NCBI GenBank assembly: GCA_945228905.1
Contig: CALYOH010000001.1
Location: 7,464 to 71,463 of the forward strand
Direction of reading: 5' to 3'
DNA length: 64,000 nt
Source of the DNA: an uncultured Bacillales bacterium
Lineage (GTDB): Bacteria > Bacillota_I > Bacilli_A > RF39 > UBA660
Shown here: piece after piece, positions 9,354-19,805 of the stretch
Position numbering within the stretch: the first letter of the stretch is position 1
How the letters are laid out: each line of letters starts with the position of its first letter
Position numbers and translations under genes: made by a program
The notes under the pieces: generated by a model
Told to the model about the DNA's origin: nothing
Database searches by the model: none
What the model saw: only the letters and a program-made list of their open reading frames with translations

Positions 9354-10340
9354 ATGGGGATAATTAAAGAAAGAAGAAAACTTAATAGTGCAATACGTAA
9401 TGCTAAAACTATATTCTTAATGGCTCATAAGAATCTAGACCTAGATGCCATAGGAAGCCAAATTGGAATGTATATGGTATTAAAAAGAAAAAAGAAGAAT
9501 TGCTATATAATAATTGATGATAAGAATCATGAATTAGGAGTTCAAAAAATATTAAGAGAGCTTGAAGGATGTATTGATATTATTCGCAGTGAAAATATTG
9601 AAGAATACTTATATCCAAGAAGTTCAAAGAATTTATTAATTGTATTAGATACTAATAAAACTGAATTAGTTCAAAATAAAGATGTATTAAATAAAATAGA
9701 GAAAAAATTAGTAATAGATCATCATGATTTAGGAAAAACTACAATTAAGAATGCAACTATTATTGATGATACTAAAACATCTAGTACATGTGAGATGATT
9801 ACAAACTTAATAGAATACTATGATGTAGAACTAGAATCATATTATGCAACAATACTATTATCAGGAATAGTTTTAGATACTAATAACTTTACTTTAAATA
9901 CATCTGCAGAAACATATTATTCAGCTTATTATCTTGCTAGTTTAGGTGCAAGTGCAAAAAAAGTTCAATATTTATTAAAACAAGATATTGAAGAATATAC
10001 CGAAAGACAAAAATTAATGGCTTCAATTGAAACAATTGATGGTAAAATAGCATTTACAAAGTCAACTCCGTATACACAATACAGAAGAGAAGATCTTGCT
10101 AAAGTGGCAGATACATTATTATTCTTTAATAATATAGAAGCATCTTTCGTAGTTGGTAGAATTGGAAAAGATACTATAGGAATAAGTGCAAGAAGTTTAG
10201 GAAACTATGATATAAGTAAGATTCTATCTAAGTTAGGTGGAGGAGGAGACCAAACAGCAGGAGCAGCAACATTTGAAGATACAACAATCAGTAAAGTAGA
10301 ACAAGAATTAAAGAAAATATTAAAAGAAGAAGGAGAATAA
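9354..10340 (+). CDS. DHH/DHHA1-family phosphoesterase (short GdpP-position homologue without a sensor domain)
   Basis: 'DLDAIGS', 'VIDHHD', 'GGGGDQTAGA' (DHHA1 GGGH-like). Occupies the yybT/gdpP slot between rpsR and rplI. Confidence 0.75.
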   Translation: MGIIKERRKLNSAIRNAKTIFLMAHKNLDLDAIGSQIGMYMVLKRKKKNCYIIIDDKNHELGVQKILRELEGCIDIIRSENIEEYLYPRSSKNLLIVLDTNKTELVQNKDVLNKIEKKLVIDHHDLGKTTIKNATIIDDTKTSSTCEMITNLIEYYDVELESYYATILLSGIVLDTNNFTLNTSAETYYSAYYLASLGASAKKVQYLLKQDIEEYTERQKLMASIETIDGKIAFTKSTPYTQYRREDLAKVADTLLFFNNIEASFVVGRIGKDTIGISARSLGNYDISKILSKLGGGGDQTAGAATFEDTTISKVEQELKKILKEEGE

Positions 10341-10341
10341 A

Positions 10342-10782
10342 ATGGAAGTAATTTTTATCAAAGATTTAAAAAATCAAGGTAAAAAGGGGCAAATCAAAAA
10401 TGTAAAAGATGGCTACGCAGAAAATTTTCTTATTAAGAATGGTTATGTCGTAAGAAAAACAAAAGAGAATTTATCTAAATTAAATCATGAGTTAGAAAAA
10501 AAGAAACAAGAAGATGAAAATAATAAAAAAGAAGCTATCAAACTAAAAGATGACCTTTCAAAAGTAACTCTAGAATTCAAAGTAAAAACAGGAGAAGGAG
10601 ACAAAGTCTTTGGAAGTATTAGTGTAAAACAAATAAAAGATGAATTACAAAAACAAGGATATAAAATAGATAAAAACCAAATAGATATTAAAAATTCAAT
10701 ATCTTCTTTAGGTTTTCATAATGTAAATATTAATTTATATCCAGAAATAACAACACAAATAAAAGTACACGTTATAAAATAG
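10342..10782 (+). CDS. rplI: 50S ribosomal protein L9
   Basis: 'MEVIFIKDLKNQGKKGQIKNVKDGYAENFLI', L9 N-domain. Confidence 0.92.
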   Translation: MEVIFIKDLKNQGKKGQIKNVKDGYAENFLIKNGYVVRKTKENLSKLNHELEKKKQEDENNKKEAIKLKDDLSKVTLEFKVKTGEGDKVFGSISVKQIKDELQKQGYKIDKNQIDIKNSISSLGFHNVNINLYPEITTQIKVHVIK

Positions 10783-10792
10783 AGGTGATAAT

Positions 10793-12151
10793 ATGCCAGT
10801 AAGAGCATTACCTAACAATTTAGAAGCAGAAGAATCAGTTTTAGGATCATGCTTTTTATCAAAATATGCATTACAAAAAGCAACAGAAACATTAACCTCT
10901 GAATCCTTTTATAATGAAAAGAATGCTAAAATCTTCCAAGCAATGGTAGATTTACAAGAAGAAGCAACTCCAATAGATATAACGACAGTAACAAGCTATT
11001 TAAAAAACAGAAAAGAGTTAAATGATGTAGGAGGAGTTGAATACTTAACAGAAGTATTAAACTTTGTACCAACTGCCTCAAATATAGACTACTATATTAA
11101 AAGTGTTGAAGAATCAGCTCTTTTGAGAAGTCTAATTGAAACAGCAGAGGAGATTGCATCAGATGGTTATAGAACTGATGAAACAGTTAATGAAATATTA
11201 GATAATTCAGAAAAGAAAATCTTAAATATTGTTAAAAATAGAAAAGCTAGTGAATTTAGAAGCATAAAAGATATTATCAAGAAAGCCCAAAGTGATCTAG
11301 AAAGATTATCTGAAAATAAAGGTGAAATAACAGGATTAGCAACAGGATGGTATGATTTTGATAGATTAACAACTGGTCTACATCCAAATGAGTTAATAAT
11401 TATTGCAGCAAGACCTGCTATGGGAAAAACAGCATTTGCCTTAAATCTTGCTACTCATGCTGCTATGACACAAGCTAAATCAGTTGCATTATTCAACTTA
11501 GAGATGAGTGCTGAGCAATTAGCAATGCGTATTTTAGCATCTTTAGGTCAAATTGATGGATTTAAGTTAAGAACAGGTAACTTAATGAATCAAGATTGGA
11601 AAAGAATTAATGAAGCAGCAAGTCAATTATCAAATACAAACCTTGTTATGGATGATACTCCTGGTATAACAATTGGAGAAATTAGAGCAAAATGTAGAAG
11701 ATTAGCAAGTAGTGAAAAAGGACTATCTTTAGTAGTAATCGACTACTTACAGTTAATATCTGGTGGAAAAAATTATGGTTCTAATAGACAACAAGAAGTA
11801 TCAGACATTTCAAGAAGTTTAAAGACACTTGCAATGGAGTTAGGTGTTCCAGTAATTGCCTTATCACAATTATCCAGAGGTGTTGAAGCACGTGAAGATA
11901 AGAGACCATTAATGAGTGACTTAAGAGAATCAGGTTCTATTGAACAAGATGCCGATATAGTAGCATTCTTATATAGAGATGATTACTATAATAAAGAATC
12001 TAGAACAGAAGATAATAACAGTATAAGTGAATTAATAATAGGAAAGCATCGTAATGGACCAACCGCTACAATAGAATTATTATTTAAGAAAAATACATCA
12101 ACTTTCTTAAATTTAAGAAAAGATAAAAGTGAAGAGGAAGGTAATAATTAA
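10793..12151 (+). CDS. dnaB: Replicative DNA helicase DnaB (DnaC in B. subtilis naming)
   Basis: 'PNNLEAEESVLGS', Walker A 'ARPAMGKTAF', 'VIDYLQLI', 'SQLSRGVE', 'LRESGSIEQDADIV'. Confidence 0.96.
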   Translation: MPVRALPNNLEAEESVLGSCFLSKYALQKATETLTSESFYNEKNAKIFQAMVDLQEEATPIDITTVTSYLKNRKELNDVGGVEYLTEVLNFVPTASNIDYYIKSVEESALLRSLIETAEEIASDGYRTDETVNEILDNSEKKILNIVKNRKASEFRSIKDIIKKAQSDLERLSENKGEITGLATGWYDFDRLTTGLHPNELIIIAARPAMGKTAFALNLATHAAMTQAKSVALFNLEMSAEQLAMRILASLGQIDGFKLRTGNLMNQDWKRINEAASQLSNTNLVMDDTPGITIGEIRAKCRRLASSEKGLSLVVIDYLQLISGGKNYGSNRQQEVSDISRSLKTLAMELGVPVIALSQLSRGVEAREDKRPLMSDLRESGSIEQDADIVAFLYRDDYYNKESRTEDNNSISELIIGKHRNGPTATIELLFKKNTSTFLNLRKDKSEEEGNN

Positions 12152-13662
12152 TGAAAAAGAAATATAAAATAATCACAATATTATTACTAATACTATCAAT
12201 ATTTATTACTACAGGTTTTACTAAAATATCAAGTACTCCTAAAACTTTATATAGAGTATATATAAAAGGAGAATCTTTAGGTTTAATAAAATCCAAAATA
12301 GAATTAGAAAACTATATTGATAAGAAACAAAATGAAATAAAAAAGAAATATAATGTTGATAAAGTATATGTTCCAGAAGAACTAGATATAGTAAAAGAAA
12401 AGACATATGATCAAAGTATTAAAACAGTAGAAGAAATATATGAAGAGATAAAAGATATTTCTCCATTTGCTATAAGTGGATATGTAGTAAAAATAAAAGG
12501 CTTAAATACTAAATCAGAAACAGGTAAAGTTATAAAAGGAACTACACAAAAGATATATGTAATAGAAAAAAATGTATTTACAAATTCTGTTGAAAATACA
12601 GTAAAATCATTTATTTCTGAAGAAGATTATGAAAATTATGCAAATAATACTCAAAAAGAAATAGAAGACGTAGGCAAATATATTGAAGATATAAGTATTA
12701 AAAATAAAATAACTATTAAAAAGACTAAAATTCCAGTAAATAAAAAGATTTATTTAAATGAAGATGAATTAAGTAAATATTTATTATTTGGTACTACTAA
12801 AGATCAAGCAAAATATACAATAAAACTTGGAGATACAATTCCAGATGTAGCTTTTAATAATAAGATATCTACACAAGAATTATTAATTGCTAATCCTGAA
12901 TTACAAGATGAAAACAGTTTATTAGCTGAAGGACAAGTTGTATCTTTAGGTATGATTAAACCACAATTTAATGTTGTAGAACAAGATACAGTAGTATTTA
13001 GAGAAGAAAAGAATTATAGCACAGAAACTAGATATGATGATAATAGATATGTAGGAGAAACAGAAGTAATTCAAGCTGGAGTAAAAGGAGAAAATAAAGT
13101 TACTCAAGAAGTTCTAAAAGTAAATGGAGAAATAACTAGTAGAACTCCTATTACTACAGAAGTAATAAAAGAACCTATAACTGAAATAATAGTTAAAGGT
13201 GGTAAACAAAGAAATTACTATGGATATGGATCTGTTGTTCCAACTGTAGGAGAATGGGGATGGCCAGCAACTTGTGCATCTATTTCAAGTTCATATGGAT
13301 GGCGTGGAGGATATTTCCATGATGGAACAGATATTGCAGGTTGTGGATATGGATCAAATATATTCGCTGCACAGGCAGGAACAGTAGAAGTATCAATGAA
13401 GAAAACAGGATATTATTCAGGTGGATATGGAGATAATGGAGAATACATAATAATTAACCACCACAATGGTTGGTATTCATTATACGCACACATGTGTCCT
13501 GGATGTAGATATGTTCAAGCAGGAGACTACGTTGAAAAAGGTCAAGCAATTGGTGGTATGGGTATGACAGGAGCCGCAACAGGAGTACACTTACATTTCG
13601 CAATCTGGCATGGTTTCCCTTATAGGGGAGGAACATCATATAACGCTATGGCGTTCTATTAA
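12151..13662 (+). CDS. Secreted M23 metallopeptidase with LysM-like and G5 domains
   Basis: Signal/anchor N-terminus. G5-like 'ETEVIQAGVKGENKVTQEVLKVNGE'. M23 motifs 'HDGTDIA' and 'GATGVHLHFAI'. Confidence 0.8.
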   Translation: MKKKYKIITILLLILSIFITTGFTKISSTPKTLYRVYIKGESLGLIKSKIELENYIDKKQNEIKKKYNVDKVYVPEELDIVKEKTYDQSIKTVEEIYEEIKDISPFAISGYVVKIKGLNTKSETGKVIKGTTQKIYVIEKNVFTNSVENTVKSFISEEDYENYANNTQKEIEDVGKYIEDISIKNKITIKKTKIPVNKKIYLNEDELSKYLLFGTTKDQAKYTIKLGDTIPDVAFNNKISTQELLIANPELQDENSLLAEGQVVSLGMIKPQFNVVEQDTVVFREEKNYSTETRYDDNRYVGETEVIQAGVKGENKVTQEVLKVNGEITSRTPITTEVIKEPITEIIVKGGKQRNYYGYGSVVPTVGEWGWPATCASISSSYGWRGGYFHDGTDIAGCGYGSNIFAAQAGTVEVSMKKTGYYSGGYGDNGEYIIINHHNGWYSLYAHMCPGCRYVQAGDYVEKGQAIGGMGMTGAATGVHLHFAIWHGFPYRGGTSYNAMAFY

Positions 13663-13663
13663 A

Positions 13664-14419
13664 ATGAAAGTAAGAACAATTGCTAGTGGATCAAAAGGAA
13701 ATTGTACAATAGTTATATGTAATGAAACTAAATTAATAATTGATATGGGAATTTCCTTCCTAACTTTAAAAAAGAGTTTAGAAGAAAATTCCCTTTCTTT
13801 TAATGATTTTAGTGGAATATTAATAACACATTGTCATAATGATCACACTAAGGGTTTGGCTTCCCTAATAAAAAAGACCAATTTAAATGTATATATACCA
13901 GAAGAAATGTATGAAAGTTTAAAAGAACTTGTACCATATCCAAAATGTATAATGATAGAAGATAAATTTAATATAAATGATGTAGAAATAGAACTTATAC
14001 ATACATCACATGATGCTCCATATTCAGTAGGATTTATTATAAAACAAGATGATAAAAGTATGGTCTATGTAACAGATACAGGATATATTAATAGAAAGTA
14101 TCTAAATAAAATGGTTAATCATAACTTATATGTAATAGAAAGTAATCATGATGAAACAATGTTAATGGATGGACCATATCCAAGATTTTTAAAAGAAAGA
14201 GTAATTAGTGATTCAGGTCACTTATCTAATACAACAACAGCTAAATACTTAAAGAAAATAATTGGAGATAAAACAAATACCATAATATTAGCTCACTTAA
14301 GTGAAACTAATAATACTCCAGATAAGGCCTTAGAAGCTATAAAAGAACAAAATTTACCAGAAAAAATAAAAGTATTAATCGCAGACCAATATGAAGCAGG
14401 ACCAATGATTAAAGTATAA
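13664..14419 (+). CDS. MBL-fold metallo-hydrolase (YycJ/WalJ-like)
   Basis: 'ITHCHNDHTKG' (HxHxDH). ATG 13664 chosen because the longer ORF start overlaps the M23 gene in another frame. Confidence 0.8.
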   Translation: MKVRTIASGSKGNCTIVICNETKLIIDMGISFLTLKKSLEENSLSFNDFSGILITHCHNDHTKGLASLIKKTNLNVYIPEEMYESLKELVPYPKCIMIEDKFNINDVEIELIHTSHDAPYSVGFIIKQDDKSMVYVTDTGYINRKYLNKMVNHNLYVIESNHDETMLMDGPYPRFLKERVISDSGHLSNTTTAKYLKKIIGDKTNTIILAHLSETNNTPDKALEAIKEQNLPEKIKVLIADQYEAGPMIKV

Positions 14420-14420
14420 T

Positions 14421-14714
14421 ATGGAAAAAACATCAATAGAAGAAGTAGATGAAGAAAGTTTATTTCGTTTTACTGAGAAAGATAATTTAGAAATAATTGA
14501 AGAAGAAAGAATAAAATCTGCTATTGGATAAAATAATAAAGGAATAGAAAAAACTAAAAAGATATTTTTTAGTAGAGGCAACTTAGGAATAATAAAAGCA
14601 AATGAAGTATGGTTAAGATGGCTAATGAATAGAATATTCATTTAGAGAGATAGATTTGGAATGTTTCAAAATGAAACACAAGAGAAATCCAGAAGAAATG
14701 ATTCAAGAAGGTGA
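14421..14714 (+). pseudogene. Possible nonsense-decayed small gene (one frame, two internal in-frame stops)
   Basis: A single reading frame of 97 codons is interrupted only by TAA 14529 and TAG 14643 in AT-rich DNA where stops should be frequent. No RBS. Confidence 0.3.
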
Positions 14715-14719
14715 AAAAG

Positions 14720-15175
14720 ATGATCAGAATAATTTCAATAGGAGCTATTAAAGAAAAGTATTTAAAAGATGCAATAGATGAATATAAAAAAAGAATTAGT
14801 AAATATACTAATCTTGAAATAATAGAATTAAAAGATGAAGGACTAGTAGAAGAATCTAAATCAATAAAATTAGAAGGAGAAAAAATAGAAAAACATCTAA
14901 ATGATAAAGACTATATTATTACTTTAGAAATAGAAGGAAAAGAATATAAATCAGTGGAATTCGCAGAAAAACTAAGAAATATACAAATAGAAAATAGTAA
15001 TATAGTATTTATCATAGGAGGAAGCTATGGTTTAGCAGACTCAATAAAAGAAAAAGCAAAAATGCACTTATCTTTTTCTAAAATGACTTTTCCACATCAA
15101 TTATTTAGAGTTCTCCTTTTAGAACAAATCTATAGAGCATATAAAATAAATAATAATGAAAGTTATCATAAATAG
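14720..15175 (+). CDS. rlmH: 23S rRNA (pseudouridine1915-N3)-methyltransferase RlmH
   Basis: SPOUT-type 'IVFIIGGSYGL...SFSKMTFPHQLFRVLLLEQIYRAY'. Confidence 0.9.
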   Translation: MIRIISIGAIKEKYLKDAIDEYKKRISKYTNLEIIELKDEGLVEESKSIKLEGEKIEKHLNDKDYIITLEIEGKEYKSVEFAEKLRNIQIENSNIVFIIGGSYGLADSIKEKAKMHLSFSKMTFPHQLFRVLLLEQIYRAYKINNNESYHK

Positions 15176-15183
15176 GAGAAATA

Positions 15184-15798
15184 ATGAAAAATATAATATT
15201 TGATTTTGGTAATGTAATAGTTACTTTTGATGAGAAAGAAATAGTATCACACTTCTCAGATAATATAGAAATTCAAGAATTTTTAATAAAGAATGTAATA
15301 AATTCCCCAGAATGGAATACATATGGACTTATAGATTCAGGATTTATTACAAATGAAGAAGTATGTAGTCTAGTAAATGATAGAACAAATAATATTTATA
15401 AAAACTTAGTAGAAAACTTTATGAGAAACTATTATAAATATATGTATATTCAAAAGGAAGTTATAGAAGTAATAAAAAAATTAAAAGAAAAAGGATATAA
15501 TATATATTTATTATCTAATACTAATGATTTTATGTATGAAAAGTTTATTAAAGATATAGAATATTTATTTGATGGAATGATATTATCATATAGAAATCAT
15601 ACTATAAAACCACATGACGCAATATATAAACGTATAATTGAAAAATATAGTCTAAATCCAGAAGAGTCATTATTTATAGATGATAGAGAAGATAATATTA
15701 AAACTGCTAATAAGTTTGGTATTAAGGGTAGAAGTGTTAAACCAAATGATGTTAATGATATAAAATCAGTATTAAAAGAATATGGAATAGGTGAATAA
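15184..15798 (+). CDS. HAD-superfamily hydrolase (subfamily IA-like)
   Basis: Motif I-like 'IIFDFGNVIV', 'LLSNTN', 'KPHDAIY', 'LFIDDREDNI'. Confidence 0.75.
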   Translation: MKNIIFDFGNVIVTFDEKEIVSHFSDNIEIQEFLIKNVINSPEWNTYGLIDSGFITNEEVCSLVNDRTNNIYKNLVENFMRNYYKYMYIQKEVIEVIKKLKEKGYNIYLLSNTNDFMYEKFIKDIEYLFDGMILSYRNHTIKPHDAIYKRIIEKYSLNPEESLFIDDREDNIKTANKFGIKGRSVKPNDVNDIKSVLKEYGIGE

Positions 15799-15799
15799 T

Positions 15800-16462
15800 A
15801 TGATTGGAAATGGTTGGGATGAATTACTAAAAGAAGAATTTAATAAAGAATACTTTAAAGATCTAATAGAGTTTATAAAAAAAGAATATAAAGAGAAGAC
15901 AATATATCCAAAACAAAACGAAGTATTTAATGCGTTTAGATATACAGATATATCTAATTTAAAAGTAGTTATTTTAGGTCAAGATCCATATCATGGACCA
16001 AATCAAGCAGAAGGATTATCTTTCTCTGTAAGTAATGAAGTATTAAAACCACCTTCATTACAAAATATATTTAAAGAGCTAGAAAGTGATTTGAAAATAC
16101 CATTTCCGAAACATAACTCACTTAAACCATGGACAAAACAAGGGGTATTATTATTAAATGCAGTACTTACAGTAGAAGAACATAAACCAACTTCACATAA
16201 AGATAAAGGATGGGAAACATTCACAGATGACGTTATTAAGATAGTTAATCAAAAAGAAGAACCCGTAGTATTTATATTATGGGGAGCATATGCGAGAAAT
16301 AAAAAATCCTTAATAACAAACCCAAAACATTTAATAATAGAGTCTGCTCATCCATCTCCATTTTCCGCAAGAAATGGATTCTTTGGTAGTAAACCATTCT
16401 CTAAAACAAATGAATTTTTAAGAAAGAATGGAATAAAAGAAATAGATTGGAGAATAGAATAA
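15800..16462 (+). CDS. ung: Uracil-DNA glycosylase
   Basis: 'VILGQDPYHGPNQAEGLSFSV', 'GVLLLNAVLTV', 'SAHPSPFSA'. Start is ambiguous (GTG 15791 or ATG 15800). Confidence 0.92.
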   Translation: MIGNGWDELLKEEFNKEYFKDLIEFIKKEYKEKTIYPKQNEVFNAFRYTDISNLKVVILGQDPYHGPNQAEGLSFSVSNEVLKPPSLQNIFKELESDLKIPFPKHNSLKPWTKQGVLLLNAVLTVEEHKPTSHKDKGWETFTDDVIKIVNQKEEPVVFILWGAYARNKKSLITNPKHLIIESAHPSPFSARNGFFGSKPFSKTNEFLRKNGIKEIDWRIE

Positions 16463-17217
16463 TGAAAAAGTTTTTAGATAAACTTACAAATATATATATT
16501 ATATTCTGTATATATGCACTTATTGGATGGTTATATGAAGTACTATGGATGTGGTTTGTAGTACCTCCAAAACATTTTATAAATAGAGGAGTATTAATTG
16601 GACCATTCCTACCAATATATGGATTTGGAATGCTTATACTATTATTTTTACTTCATAAATTTATGTCAAAGAAACGTGAATTACAAAAACCAATGAATTT
16701 AATAGTATCAATATCAACAATAACAACATTTATTTATACAACAATAATAGAGTATACTACAACTCCAAAAATACTAAGTGTAGTAGAATATCTCCAAAAA
16801 TTTGGAATAGGCTTATTATTAGCAAATATTATCTGTATAGGCATAGTATTCTTAATACTAAAATTATCAAATAATAAAAAATTAAAAGAACTAAATATAA
16901 CAATAGTCTTAGTATTCTTAGCAATCTGGATAATAACAACCATAATAGAGTATGTATCTCACTTCGCAATAGATAAATTAACAGGCAATCTATTATGGGA
17001 TTATACAAAAGATTTCTTAAATATAAATTCAAGAGTTAACTGGGATGCCTCAAGAAACTTTGCAATAGGAGGAACATTCCTATTATATACAGTTCAACCA
17101 TTAATAAATAAGTTATTACCTAAATTAAAATTTAATAAAAAAATAATAATAACATGTATTATAGGAATACCTATGTTATTAGATTTTATATTTCATGTAA
17201 TGCTTAAAATGATATAA
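16462..17217 (+). CDS. Polytopic membrane protein (resembles the 'putative ABC-transporter type IV' PF06541 family)
   Basis: 'YALIGWLYEVLWMW...NRGVLIGPFLPIYGFG' N-terminal signature recalled for that family. Confidence 0.5.
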   Translation: MKKFLDKLTNIYIIFCIYALIGWLYEVLWMWFVVPPKHFINRGVLIGPFLPIYGFGMLILLFLLHKFMSKKRELQKPMNLIVSISTITTFIYTTIIEYTTTPKILSVVEYLQKFGIGLLLANIICIGIVFLILKLSNNKKLKELNITIVLVFLAIWIITTIIEYVSHFAIDKLTGNLLWDYTKDFLNINSRVNWDASRNFAIGGTFLLYTVQPLINKLLPKLKFNKKIIITCIIGIPMLLDFIFHVMLKMI

Positions 17218-17283
17218 TCCACAAAAAATGTGGATTATATTTTTTTATAAATAAAAAATCCACAATATTTGTGGATTAAAAAT

Positions 17284-18279
17284 TTAATTATTTTGTACTT
17301 GTACTGCAGTAATAGCAACTACACCAACAATATCATTAGAACTACATCCTCTAGATAAATCATTAACAGGAGAGGCAATTCCTTGAGTAATTGGTCCATA
17401 TGCTTCAGCTTTAGCAAGTCTTTGAACTAATTTATATCCAATATTACCTGCATCTAAATCAGGGAAGACTAATACATTAGCATGACCTGCAACAGTACTT
17501 TCAGGAGCCTTAGATTTAGCAACTTCAGGTACAATAGCAGCATCTAATTGTAATTCACCATCAATCTTATATGATGGATATTTTTCTTTAGCAATCTTAA
17601 CTCCTTCTACTACTTTATCTACATCAGCATGAGATGCACTTCCCATAGTAGAATGTGAAAGCATTGCAACTATTGGTTCTTCTTGAACTAATAATTTAAA
17701 ACTATCTGCAGAACTAGCAGCAATAGCAGCTAACTTTTCAGGATTTGGATTTTGCTCTAATCCACTGTCTGCAAATATAAACGTACCATTTGCTCCATAT
17801 TCACAGTTAGGAACAACCATTAAGAAAAATGCTGAAACTAAAGCAACACCAGGCTTAGTTTTAATTATTTGTAATGCAGGTCTTAAAGTATTAGAAGTAG
17901 AATGACATGCACCTGATACAGCACCATCAGCTCTTCCAGTCTTAACAAGCATACAAGCATAATACATATAATCTTCTAAAAGTAATCTTCTAGCTTCTTC
18001 TAAAGTCATACCTTTTTCCTTACGTAATTCATATAATTTATTAACTAATTCATCAGTTAATTCAGAAGTGTTAGGATTAATAATAGTAGCATCATTAATA
18101 TCAAGGCCTTCACTATTTTTATTAATTTCTTCAGGAGTACCTATAATTATAATATCAGCTATACCTTCTCTTAAAATAGTATCAGCAGCTTCAATAGTAC
18201 GTCTATCCATACTCTCTGGAAGAACAATTCTCTTTTTATCCTTTTTAGCTCTTTCTTTTACACTTTCTATAAAATTCAT
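17284..18279 (-). CDS. pta: Phosphate acetyltransferase
   Basis: 331 aa, 'RIVLPES.D.R...A', 'ADGAVSGACHSTSNTLRPALQIIKT', 'VNDLSRGCS'. Confidence 0.92.
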   Translation of the reverse strand: MNFIESVKERAKKDKKRIVLPESMDRRTIEAADTILREGIADIIIIGTPEEINKNSEGLDINDATIINPNTSELTDELVNKLYELRKEKGMTLEEARRLLLEDYMYYACMLVKTGRADGAVSGACHSTSNTLRPALQIIKTKPGVALVSAFFLMVVPNCEYGANGTFIFADSGLEQNPNPEKLAAIAASSADSFKLLVQEEPIVAMLSHSTMGSASHADVDKVVEGVKIAKEKYPSYKIDGELQLDAAIVPEVAKSKAPESTVAGHANVLVFPDLDAGNIGYKLVQRLAKAEAYGPITQGIASPVNDLSRGCSSNDIVGVVAITAVQVQNN

Positions 18280-18292
18280 AATAGCCTTCTTT

Positions 18293-18820
18293 CTATTTAT
18301 TTAAAATTTCAAATATTTCTCTTTTTTCATTACTATAGAACTCTTTCTTCTTATATCTTCTAAATAAAGAAATAATATTAGAAGGAAAAGATACAACTAA
18401 ATGGTTATATACTACAACAGTATCATTATAAAACTTAATTGAACCAATAATATTTTCTTCATTATTATTAAGTTCTTCAATAATAGATACTAAAGTATCA
18501 CTCTTCATCAATTTATCATTCTCATCAATTACTTTAAATAATTCATTATAAGCAGTTCTTAAATTATCATTTTTTTGAAAATAATCCATTTCTCCATAAT
18601 TATTATCTAATGCATCTAGAAAAGTTTCTTTCTTTAATTCTTTTTTAATAATAGGTCTAGTTCTATCTAATAGATCTTTTTTCTTTTGTAGATAAATATC
18701 TATATCTTCTTCAGCTTTCTCAATCTTAATAATTGCTAATTTAAATTTATTACTTAATATTGTAAGTATCAAAAGAATAATACTAACTACTACAATAATA
18801 CTAATTATAATCTCTAACAT
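18293..18820 (-). CDS. LemA-family membrane-anchored protein
   Basis: N-terminal TM, then 'YNDTVVVYNHLVVSFPSNIISLF' (LemA YN..V..YN...FP motif). Confidence 0.65.
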   Translation of the reverse strand: MLEIIISIIVVVSIILLILTILSNKFKLAIIKIEKAEEDIDIYLQKKKDLLDRTRPIIKKELKKETFLDALDNNYGEMDYFQKNDNLRTAYNELFKVIDENDKLMKSDTLVSIIEELNNNEENIIGSIKFYNDTVVVYNHLVVSFPSNIISLFRRYKKKEFYSNEKREIFEILNK

Positions 18821-18856
18821 AAATTAACCTCCATATCATATAAATTATAACAAATA

Positions 18857-19355
18857 TCATATAAATATACAATAAAACAAAAAACAGAAATAATTATTTA
18901 ATTTCTGTTTTTTTAGTATCATTTTATCATTAGATTGATCATATAAAAAGTAATTATCAGATATACCATACATTGAAGCAGTAGATAGAACATAATTTCT
19001 TAAATCATCATATAATTCAGGTCTACCTTCAAATATAGTAAATGTATTTTCTCTAATTACATCACATATAAGATTTGTATTTAAAGTTAAATTAGTTTTA
19101 GAATAAGTAAAATTAATATACTTAATGGTATTAGTACTTAATTGTTCTAATAAAGACTTCCTTACTAATACTAGTAATATTATTCTTCCATACATTAAAA
19201 GTATAAGTATAAAAATTATTACTATTATCATTATATAGATCTTCATTATCATCTTCATAGATATCATTCATAACAAGATATTTATAAAAATTAAAATTAT
19301 ATGAATCTGAATATAACTTAACAATTCTTCTTATATCATTTTCATAGTATTTCAC
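18857..19355 (-). pseudogene. Hypothetical gene split into two frames by an imperfect 16-nt tandem duplication
   Basis: Minus-strand ORFs 19355..19131 and 19267..18857 join into one frame if ACAATTAAGTACTAAT (next to ACCATTAAGTAT) is removed. 'TIKY' is encoded twice, 16 nt apart. Confidence 0.3.
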
Positions 19356-19457
19356 CGACTGAATATTATATTCAAAATCTAAAGAAAATCAAATATTTAT
19401 AACAATTTTATACATTTTATGTTATAATCATTTCATAAATTTGAAGTGGGTGGTATT

Positions 19458-19805
19458 ATGCCTAAAATTAATATTAAATATTCTCTCCATCATGAAGAAT
19501 TTGATACAGTTAAAGAATTAACTGGAATATATCAAGATGGTGTATTAAAATATATAGAGGATAAAGATACAAAAGTATCTCTAGATTATAATAATAAGAC
19601 ATTATTAAGAGATACAAATGATCTCCGGATGTTCTTTGATTTTAATAAGAATATAATTAAAATTAATTATAAAGAACTTGATATGGATATGGAAATGAAA
19701 ATAAATACAAATAGAATAGATATAGATAATAAAAACTTTGAAGTAGAATATGAAGTTCTTGAATCTGAAGAAAAATTTATATATAGAATAGAGGAGTTAA
19801 AATGA
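19458..19805 (+). CDS. DUF1934-like (YwiB-like) small protein upstream of argS
   Basis: About 115 aa, overlaps the argS start. Position and size are typical of DUF1934; assignment from memory. Confidence 0.5.
   Translation: MPKINIKYSLHHEEFDTVKELTGIYQDGVLKYIEDKDTKVSLDYNNKTLLRDTNDLRMFFDFNKNIIKINYKELDMDMEMKINTNRIDIDNKNFEVEYEVLESEEKFIYRIEELK

Noticed and set aside
17217-17283. Two hairpins sharing the tccaca/tgtgga stems, considered as a possible repeat element
   Set aside because: They are adequately explained as convergent rho-independent terminators for the + strand membrane-protein gene and the minus-strand pta.
19356-19457. T-box leader upstream of the DUF1934-argS operon
   Set aside because: The intergenic region is only about 100 nt, and I saw no specifier-loop/T-box consensus (AATTAGAGTGGTACCGCG-like).
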